From Fibrobacteria bacterium (lineage in GTDB: Bacteria; Fibrobacterota; Fibrobacteria; UBA11236; JADFYW01), in the NCBI GenBank assembly GCA_050294405.1, contig JBNKOC010000028.1, forward strand, positions 256,001 to 320,000: 64,000 bases of DNA. The letters are read 5' to 3'. Positions 56,967 through 64,000 of the stretch are shown here, in pieces. The number at the start of each line of letters is the position of its first letter. Within the stretch, counting starts at the first letter, position 1. The notes under the pieces were generated by a model, which saw nothing but the letters and a program-made list of their open reading frames with translations, was not told the origin of the DNA and did not search any database. A program made the position numbers and the translations under genes.

Positions 56967-58142
56967 ATGGACGCTAAAAATAATACCCATGGCTTTTGGT
57001 TTCAAGTTTTGGAGGCGAAAAAATCAGGTTTGTTTAAACTAGCTGCATTGAGTAATTTACTGCATCTGATGAAGGCAAAAAACCATACAAGAGCTCCCTG
57101 GCCTTTGGCTGGGTACAAACGGGCCGAAAAATTTTTTGGCCGGGTAACTTGTAAGAGCCCCTGTGTGTTTATTTTACTTTTAGGATTGTTGGCCCTACCT
57201 GGTTTTTCTAAAGAACACAAAAGAGCAGGCACAGAAGAGTTTAGCTTTTTATCGGCTCAGTCTTATGCTTTACCGGCGGGACTTGCCGGAGCTTATACAG
57301 GATATGGAGAAGGGCTTTTTTCATTGTCCACTAATCCTGCTGGATTAGCAGCCCTTGAAGGGCAACCTGTCAGTTCTGTTAGCTTTAAAAAAAATGTGAT
57401 GGATGTTAATTCCGGGGAAGTGTCCCATGCCTTTAGTAAAAATAAATTTGTATATGCCATTTCTATGGAGTACAGCAGTTATGGGGTGGTAAGCCAACGG
57501 GATGAAAACAATAATCCAAGCGGAGATGATATATATCCCATGAGCTCTAACCCCAGTTTTTCTATGGCCATGAATTGGAAAGAAAAATTTCGCTTTGGAG
57601 GAAGCTTTCAATTGCCAATGGAATATTTAGGGACTTTTGCCGAATCACAAACTGCATTGGGCTGGGGGCTGGATTTGGGAATGCAATACCAACCAAACAA
57701 CAAGCGCTTTTCTTTTGGGACTTCACTGCTTAATGTTGGGCGCCAAGAACGCCACCAAATTGAGGGCCATTCTTCAGGCGGTTTGTTGCCAATGGAATTT
57801 AGAGCAGGGATGGCTTACAGAGGTTTGGGAAACCGGCAAACCAATGGGGTTTTAGATGTGGCTATCCCCTACCATAATTTTGTCTATGTAAATGCTGGAG
57901 TTGAACACAATGTAAGCCGGGGGTTTACATTACGGGCCGGGACCCGATGGAATTATAATGAGATTGAAAGCTATTTTCGCGAGTTTGTGTTAAACCGCAA
58001 AATTGATAACCCTGGTGCCAACGCCCTAAAACTGTCTGTGGGAGCCAGCATCGATCAAAAAACCTGGGGGCTTGACTATGCAGCCCAGTATTGGCATAAC
58101 CTTGGAATATTACACTGGCTGACGCTGAGGATGCAATGGTAG
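56967..58142 (+). CDS. PorV/PorQ (UPF0164)-family outer-membrane beta-barrel protein; true start probably downstream of 56967
   Basis: FSFL...A...GLAGAY...NPAGLA plug motif, DLGMQY, LPMEFRAG, LRAG, LDYA, terminal Trp. The signal peptide begins about 60 codons into the ORF, and the ORF start overlaps the tRNA promoter. Confidence 0.78.
   Translation: MDAKNNTHGFWFQVLEAKKSGLFKLAALSNLLHLMKAKNHTRAPWPLAGYKRAEKFFGRVTCKSPCVFILLLGLLALPGFSKEHKRAGTEEFSFLSAQSYALPAGLAGAYTGYGEGLFSLSTNPAGLAALEGQPVSSVSFKKNVMDVNSGEVSHAFSKNKFVYAISMEYSSYGVVSQRDENNNPSGDDIYPMSSNPSFSMAMNWKEKFRFGGSFQLPMEYLGTFAESQTALGWGLDLGMQYQPNNKRFSFGTSLLNVGRQERHQIEGHSSGGLLPMEFRAGMAYRGLGNRQTNGVLDVAIPYHNFVYVNAGVEHNVSRGFTLRAGTRWNYNEIESYFREFVLNRKIDNPGANALKLSVGASIDQKTWGLDYAAQYWHNLGILHWLTLRMQW
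56977..57005 (-). promoter_or_regulatory. Putative sigma70 promoter of tRNA-Lys
   Basis: TTGAAA-N17-TATTTT on the minus strand, 15 nt upstream of the tRNA. Confidence 0.5.
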
Positions 58143-58228
58143 GGGTGTTGTTGGAAGTTTTAAAAAATCCTTTCGATGTTAGTTATAAACTGTTTCGGAA
58201 GGGGATGCCAGAGTGGTTAGGCCACTAA

Positions 58229-59374
58229 ATGAGACCCCAATTAAAAATTGGAATAAACCTAATTTCAATACCTCAGCAAAAGGCTGGTGTAGGTTTTTTA
58301 GCGATCAACTTATCTAAGGAATTGATTTTAAAATTAGATAAAGATCAATTTTATGTTTTTACAACATTAAACGTTACATTTGATGAATTGAAGAAAAATA
58401 ATTCAATTATATTACAACTTTCCCCAATTGGGTATGTGAGAAAAATTTTTTGGGAGCAATTTGTTTTTTCAAAAATTTTAAGATCAAAAAAAATAGACGT
58501 TTTAATAAACGTTCATTACATTGCCCTCATTTTTATTCCGAAAAAAATAAAGCAAATCACCATAATTCCAGACTTAACATATCAAAAATTTTTTTTCAAA
58601 AGAATTTGGATCAAAAGTCTTTATATAAACATTATGATGTGGTTTTCAGTGTATAAGAGTTGGAACATAATTGCTATTTCTGAATTTACTAAAGAAGAAC
58701 TATTGCTGTATTATCCATTTTTATCTCCACAAAAAATACAAGTTATGTATTTAAGCTTAGGAAATGAAATTTCCACTACCCTTTCTATTGCAATTAGCAA
58801 TAAATTTAAATTTTTAGATATTGACAAACCATTTTTCTTATTTGTTGGAACTGTAGAGCCAACTAAAAATTTAGAAAATTGTGTAAAAGCCTATAAAAAA
58901 ATAAGGCACAAGTACAATAATTATAATTTTGTACTAATTGGGAAACGCGGCTGGGGTGATAAGCAAGACAAAAGATTTTTAAAATTATCTTATTATATTT
59001 CAAAAAATGAATTAGAGGAACATATATTTTTTACTGGATACCTATCATCAGAGGAGGTTTCCCAAATTTATAAAAAGGCATTTTGTCTATTATTTCCATC
59101 TAAATATGAAGGATTTGGTATACCTCTTCTAGAGGCTATGGCTGCAAAAATCCCTATAATCACTTCGAATATTAGTAGCATGCCGGAGGTTGTTGGAGAG
59201 GCTGGATTGTTAGTAGATCCTGATTCAATTCAAGAAATTTCACAAGCAATGGAGTTGCTGATATTAGATAAAAATTTGCGGCATACATTGGTTGAAAATG
59301 GAACAAAACGTTTGCAAAATTTTTCATGGCGTAAATCTGCTGAAGTGATAGAAAGCATTGTTATTAATGAATAA
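58229..59374 (+). CDS. GT4 glycosyltransferase (MtfB/WbdB-like)
   Basis: AISEFTK, FVGTVEPTKN, FPSKYEGFGIPLLEAM, FSW. Confidence 0.92.
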   Translation: MRPQLKIGINLISIPQQKAGVGFLAINLSKELILKLDKDQFYVFTTLNVTFDELKKNNSIILQLSPIGYVRKIFWEQFVFSKILRSKKIDVLINVHYIALIFIPKKIKQITIIPDLTYQKFFFKRIWIKSLYINIMMWFSVYKSWNIIAISEFTKEELLLYYPFLSPQKIQVMYLSLGNEISTTLSIAISNKFKFLDIDKPFFLFVGTVEPTKNLENCVKAYKKIRHKYNNYNFVLIGKRGWGDKQDKRFLKLSYYISKNELEEHIFFTGYLSSEEVSQIYKKAFCLLFPSKYEGFGIPLLEAMAAKIPIITSNISSMPEVVGEAGLLVDPDSIQEISQAMELLILDKNLRHTLVENGTKRLQNFSWRKSAEVIESIVINE

Positions 59375-60425
59375 AAAAATTCGAATTCTTATAGACGCAC
59401 GTTGGCTATGTGAAAGGAAAACAGGAGTTGGAGTTTATTCTGAAAACTTGCTCTTTCACTTTAATCAAAAATATCAAAATGCTTTTTACCTACTAAATAA
59501 AAATTGTAATTCTACCATTGAGTTTAAAAATACAATTTTAACGAAAATTAGATTATCCTCACATCCAGCGACAGAAATCTTTGAACAGTTTTTTATTCCA
59601 TTTTTGTGCTGGAAGCACAAATGTAGAGCTTTTTTATCTCTTGAAAATAGAGTTCCAATTCTTAAGATAGGAATCAAAAATTTTTCTGTAATATATGATA
59701 TTACAACATGGTCTGTAAAAGGCTCCCATAATTTAAAGTATTCAATTTACATGAAAGTAAATTTTTGGGTGTCGATAATTTTTAGCAGCAAAATTTTAAC
59801 TATATCAAAAACCGTAAAAAATCAAATCTGCAATAATTATAAAATAAATGAGAATAAGATCGATGTTATATACCCTTCGAATAGTAATATATTGAAATAT
59901 ACGTCAGAAGAAATTCCTTTTTTGGAAGGTAAAAATTTTTTTCTAATGGTAGGTGTAACCAATAAGAGAAAAAATTTTGAGATGTCCATAGAGTCATTTA
60001 AAAATTTCAAAAAACAATTCCCCGATTGGTATTTAGTGGTGACTGGAGATGAAAAATTGATTGATGGGATTTGGAAAAGTTATGGGTATGAAAAAAATGT
60101 TATTAATTTAGGATTCGTCACAAACCCTAAACTTAAATTTTTATACGAGAACTGTATGGCTCTGCTTTACCCTTCTCAGGAAGAAGGATTTGGTATTCCA
60201 ATATTGGACGCTTATTTGTTCGAAAAAATAATATTATGTTCCAATCTAGAAGTTTTTAAAGAGTTGACTTTAAACCCTAAGCAGATGTTTGATTTGAAAA
60301 ACAAAATTGAGTTTAGTCAATTAATGATCGACGTCGCAAAAAATAATATAAGGTTTTCACCGACAAAAATAAGGTTCAGTTGGGAAGATTCAGCCAATGA
60401 ACTCATCAGAGTGATCAATGAATAA
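59367..60425 (+). CDS. GT4 glycosyltransferase
   Basis: IDAR..TGVGVY, KRKNF, YPSQEEGFGIPILDA, FSW; ATG 59367 overlaps the previous gene. Confidence 0.9.
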   Translation: MNKKIRILIDARWLCERKTGVGVYSENLLFHFNQKYQNAFYLLNKNCNSTIEFKNTILTKIRLSSHPATEIFEQFFIPFLCWKHKCRAFLSLENRVPILKIGIKNFSVIYDITTWSVKGSHNLKYSIYMKVNFWVSIIFSSKILTISKTVKNQICNNYKINENKIDVIYPSNSNILKYTSEEIPFLEGKNFFLMVGVTNKRKNFEMSIESFKNFKKQFPDWYLVVTGDEKLIDGIWKSYGYEKNVINLGFVTNPKLKFLYENCMALLYPSQEEGFGIPILDAYLFEKIILCSNLEVFKELTLNPKQMFDLKNKIEFSQLMIDVAKNNIRFSPTKIRFSWEDSANELIRVINE

Positions 60426-61593
60426 CACATTAAGAAAAAAATGGTTATTTGATGCGACTTTCATTAGAAAAGATTCAATTACTAGAGGTATTCAGAAAGT
60501 AATTGAAGATTTAATAGAAGTTGTGGTAAATACAGATACATTGCTAAAAGATGTGAATTTTATTGTCGAAAAAAAAAATTTAATGTTTTTTATCCAAAAA
60601 TTCCCCAAAGCGAAAGAACATGTTCTTGAAGTGAGGGATAATTTTTTGAAATTTAAGATATTCAGAGGTGTTTTTGCTGAGTACAGATATACCATTAATT
60701 TTAGCGAATATTCATTTTACTTCACACCTTTTTACATGACTATATTGACAAGATGTGCTATACCTCAAGTTGCAATCATATATGATTTGATAATAAAAAG
60801 GTATTTTTTCCAGTATATAACTAACGAAAGACAAATTGGAAATTTTGTTTATTTTCTTTTACTAAGATTTAAAATGACTAATATTTCAAAAGTAAATCAA
60901 ATTATTGCAATTTCTGAATATACGAAAAGGGATGTTCATAAAAATTTTGGAATACCTGTTGAGAATATCAATGTGATTCCCCTAATAAAAAAAGATCCAC
61001 CAAAAAGTGATGAAGTCATTAGGCAAAGCATAATAAAAATGAAAGGTTTCCGAATTATATTATATGTTGGTGGATTTGATTATAGGAAAAATTTATTTCA
61101 ACTGATTACAATCTTTAAAAATCAAAAATTGTACAATGACTTCAACCTTGTAATTGCTGGCACGGCAAGTGAGAAAGAATATACGTTATTATTAAATTAT
61201 TCAAGAAAAATAAATACAGAAAATAAAGTGCACATTTTTAAAAATTTAAACGAATCAGAAATTGAATATTTATACAGAATTTCATTTGTTTTCGCTTGCG
61301 TTTCTTTATATGAAGGTTTTGGGTTACCTTTAATTGAGGCAATGGGAAAAAAACTACCTGTTGTCGCATTTGCAAATTCTGCAGTACAGGAAGTTGTTGG
61401 GGATTTTGGAGTGTTAGTTGAAAATGGAAATGAAGTGATGTTTGGGCAAGTTATTCTAAAAATTTTGGAGGATGAAGAGTTTAGATTAAAATTAATTGAG
61501 AAGGGTCTTCAAAGATCTTCATATTATAATAATAAGCAATTTAGCGAATCTGTAATAAAATTATTTGATTATTATAAAGAAATTTTTAACTAA
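60418..61593 (+). CDS. GT4 glycosyltransferase
   Basis: YDLI, AISEYTK, YVGGFDYRKN, SLYEGFGLPLIEAM. Confidence 0.92.
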   Translation: MNNTLRKKWLFDATFIRKDSITRGIQKVIEDLIEVVVNTDTLLKDVNFIVEKKNLMFFIQKFPKAKEHVLEVRDNFLKFKIFRGVFAEYRYTINFSEYSFYFTPFYMTILTRCAIPQVAIIYDLIIKRYFFQYITNERQIGNFVYFLLLRFKMTNISKVNQIIAISEYTKRDVHKNFGIPVENINVIPLIKKDPPKSDEVIRQSIIKMKGFRIILYVGGFDYRKNLFQLITIFKNQKLYNDFNLVIAGTASEKEYTLLLNYSRKINTENKVHIFKNLNESEIEYLYRISFVFACVSLYEGFGLPLIEAMGKKLPVVAFANSAVQEVVGDFGVLVENGNEVMFGQVILKILEDEEFRLKLIEKGLQRSSYYNNKQFSESVIKLFDYYKEIFN

Positions 61594-62768
61594 TGAAAAA
61601 AAAGCATAAAAATTTTTTGTTTGATTTGACGCTATTAAGGCCCGAATCCCCAAACAGAGGAATTCCAAAAGTTATTAATGATGTAGTTAACGTAATCGAG
61701 TCAGATTCGCTCTGCAAAAAACATGTGCGCTATGTAGTTGAAAAAAACAAACAATTGTATGTCAAAAATTTATACCCAAATTTAGCAAATAGGTTGGTAC
61801 CCATTAAAAACAATCCCATTGATAAATTTATGTTTGTAGGGTTTTTGTCTGAATTTAGGTATAACTTTTCACATCATGACTATTCCTTTATTTTTCATCC
61901 CTACTTAGCTTCCATTCGTTTTTTTTCAAAAATCCCTCAAGTTTTAATTGTTTATGATTTGATTCATCTTAAAAATTGGAAAAATCAAATTACTTTAAAT
62001 AAAAAAATATCAAATATTATTGTTGTTCTTTATCTACTATACAAACATTATAAAATGAGAATTTGCGAAAACTTTTTTTGTATTTCAAAATATACCAAAA
62101 ATGATTTTTTGAGTTTTTATCCTAGTGCAATTAATAAAACAACTGTCATTCCACTGAAATCAAAAAAATTCCCTGGTTATAGTAAAATTGATGTCAACAA
62201 CATTTTTCTACCTGAAGGCGATAAATTATTGTATGTAGGTGGATTAGATGAAAGAAAGAATGTTGAAAACTTGGTTAGCCACGTGGGAGATTTTTGTGAA
62301 AAAAATGGATGCGCATTAATTATTGCTGGAAGCGCAAGTGATGCAGAAATTTTTTCATTGAAAAAACTTATCTCTAATAAAAAATTAAACAACGTAGTTT
62401 ATTTTTATCCTAATGTTAGTGATAAAGAACTTTCATATATCTATGATGCATCAAAAATTTTTGTCTTTTTTTCCAAATATGAGGGATTCGGTCTGCCCGT
62501 AATAGAAGCGCTATCAAAAGGTTTGCCTGTAATCGCATTTAATAATTCATCGATTACTGAACTATTGAGTGAATCTGGGATATTAATAGAAAATGAAAAT
62601 TATGAAAAATTTATACAAGTATTAGGCGGGGTGTTAGAAAATCCAACTCAAATAAGTGAATTGATAGAAAAGGGTAAGCGTATAGTGGAATTATATGGTG
62701 ATGAAAATTTTAATAACTCAATTATAAATATAATTAAGAAATATAATGAAGAGGAAGAATATGGTTAA
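61593..62768 (+). CDS. GT4 glycosyltransferase
   Basis: YDLI, ISKYTK, YVGGLDERKN, SKYEGFGLPVIEAL. Confidence 0.92.
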   Translation: MKKKHKNFLFDLTLLRPESPNRGIPKVINDVVNVIESDSLCKKHVRYVVEKNKQLYVKNLYPNLANRLVPIKNNPIDKFMFVGFLSEFRYNFSHHDYSFIFHPYLASIRFFSKIPQVLIVYDLIHLKNWKNQITLNKKISNIIVVLYLLYKHYKMRICENFFCISKYTKNDFLSFYPSAINKTTVIPLKSKKFPGYSKIDVNNIFLPEGDKLLYVGGLDERKNVENLVSHVGDFCEKNGCALIIAGSASDAEIFSLKKLISNKKLNNVVYFYPNVSDKELSYIYDASKIFVFFSKYEGFGLPVIEALSKGLPVIAFNNSSITELLSESGILIENENYEKFIQVLGGVLENPTQISELIEKGKRIVELYGDENFNNSIINIIKKYNEEEEYG

Positions 62769-63669
62769 TCCATTGTCAATATTAAGGTTTGTTTTTTCAA
62801 AATTTCCAATTGGTTTTAGATTAAGAATATCTTTTTTGTTAGATAAGCTTAGGTTGTTTCTAATTGGAGAGTATGCAATTGGAATACTAGTTGATAGTTG
62901 GAATGGAAATCTTATTGTGCCTGCTTCGGATCATATCATCGGCAGAGCGTTGGCAAAAAATGGAGAATGGGATAAAGAACACATAGATGAATTAGCTAAA
63001 ATAATCAAATCAGATTCAACAGTATTGTTTGTAGGCACTCATATTGGTTCCTTAATGATCCCTATTGCTAAACGGGTAAAGAAGGTTGTTGGAATTGAGG
63101 CTAATCCGAATACGTTTAAATTTTTAGAAGCAAATTTATTTATTAATAAAATATCAAATTTTGAAATTTTTAATTATGCCGCTGGAGAAAAGGAGGGTGA
63201 TATTCAGTTTCTCATGAGCAAACATAATACTGGTGGAAGTAAAATAATGCCTCATAGAAAAGGTGTAAAAGAATTTGTTTATGATCAACCCGATGTGGTT
63301 ACAGTACCAATGAAAGCATTAGATGAAGAGTTTCCGACCTCAATGTTTGATGTTATTGTTATGGACATTGAGGGCGCAGAATATTTTGCTTTAAAAGGAA
63401 TGCCAAAAATTTTAAAATCTGCTAAGCATATCCAGTGTGAAATTATATTGAATCATTTAGAAAAAGTTTCGAATGTTTCTTTTCATAAATTTATAGAAAT
63501 TTTTGAAAAGAGTTTCGATATTGCTTTAATCCAATTTCCTAATGGAAAAACACGTTCTATTTCTAAATCTGACTTTGGTAATATCGATAATATTCTCAAA
63601 GAGGAATTAAATGCTGAAAATAACAAACGTATTATTATTGGGGCTGATGTGATTTTCTCAAAAGTATAA
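62761..63669 (+). CDS. FkbM family methyltransferase
   Basis: VGTHIG, GIEANP, MDIEGAEY..LKG; likely start ATG 62761 after a GAGGA SD. Confidence 0.88.
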   Translation: MVNPLSILRFVFSKFPIGFRLRISFLLDKLRLFLIGEYAIGILVDSWNGNLIVPASDHIIGRALAKNGEWDKEHIDELAKIIKSDSTVLFVGTHIGSLMIPIAKRVKKVVGIEANPNTFKFLEANLFINKISNFEIFNYAAGEKEGDIQFLMSKHNTGGSKIMPHRKGVKEFVYDQPDVVTVPMKALDEEFPTSMFDVIVMDIEGAEYFALKGMPKILKSAKHIQCEIILNHLEKVSNVSFHKFIEIFEKSFDIALIQFPNGKTRSISKSDFGNIDNILKEELNAENNKRIIIGADVIFSKV

Positions 63670-64000
63670 TGAAAATTTGTTTAATTATTATAAACTACAA
63701 TAACTGTCAAGCGACAATTAATTGTTTAACCTCTATTGTATTAAATAGCAAAAGGCCTGAATACATATGTATTGTGGATAATGGTTCAACTGACAATTCA
63801 TTAGATCAACTATTTAAGTTTAAAAACAAGGGAAGTATACATTTCGAAATATTAAGATTAAATGATAATTTGGGTTATGCTGGAGGGTGCAATCGGGGTA
63901 TAAAACATTGCAAAAGTATTGGCTTTGATTATTATGTGGTCGCTAATAATGACTTAATTTTTCATGAAAAAGCTTTCAAAAATTTAAGCAGAGACCTTAA
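63669..64000 (+). CDS. GT2 glycosyltransferase, 5' part; runs off the window edge
   Basis: Manual translation from ATG 63669: MKICLIIINYNN...IVDNGSTDNS...NLGYAGGCNRG...VVANND. Confidence 0.88.
   Translation, partial: MKICLIIINYNNCQATINCLTSIVLNSKRPEYICIVDNGSTDNSLDQLFKFKNKGSIHFEILRLNDNLGYAGGCNRGIKHCKSIGFDYYVVANNDLIFHEKAFKNLSRDL

Noticed and set aside
56967..57068. ORF-track start of the PorV-like gene
   Set aside because: It begins 6 nt from the tRNA-Lys 5' end and overlaps its promoter; the signal peptide lies much further downstream
58143..58228. ops/JUMPstart antitermination element before the glycan cluster
   Set aside because: No GGCGGTAG-like motif found

Overview
A 64-kb, gene-dense, mostly minus-strand stretch of a Gram-negative bacterial chromosome. 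The mix of T9SS-type SprA and PorV-like genes, flagellar fliD/fliS, pilM, kdsB and Shine-Dalgarno use suggests the FCB superphylum, most plausibly Fibrobacterota; this is inference, as no search was run. Housekeeping content: tig-clpP-clpX-lon-like, yggS/yggT/divIVA, murJ, an RNase E/G gene, rsmA, coaD, rsmD, pyrG, kdsB, gatC, uvrD, ftsE, two parvulin PPIases, mfd, tRNA-Leu(TAG) and tRNA-Lys(TTT). The main unusual items are five. (1) A translationally coupled four-gene envelope operon (2799-13904) encodes three exported TPR proteins, one resembling myxobacterial GltD/AgmU with a sugar-binding-like beta-sandwich, plus a long Ig-repeat/PKD/C-type-lectin-fold protein. (2) A Lon-like protease lacks the N-domain and has substituted Walker B, Arg finger and sensor-2 residues but an intact Ser-Lys dyad. 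(3) A phased array of GTCA-N7-TGAC palindromes and sigma54-like promoters lies upstream of an atypical sigma70 factor, back-to-back with a sigma28-type fliD promoter. (4) An apparent PilN-PilO fusion follows comEA-pilM. (5) An abruptly AT-rich glycosyltransferase/FkbM cluster starts at 58.2 kb, right after a tRNA-like 5' fragment. No CRISPR array, rRNA, integrase, transposase or reverse transcriptase was seen. All product calls come from motif recognition by eye.
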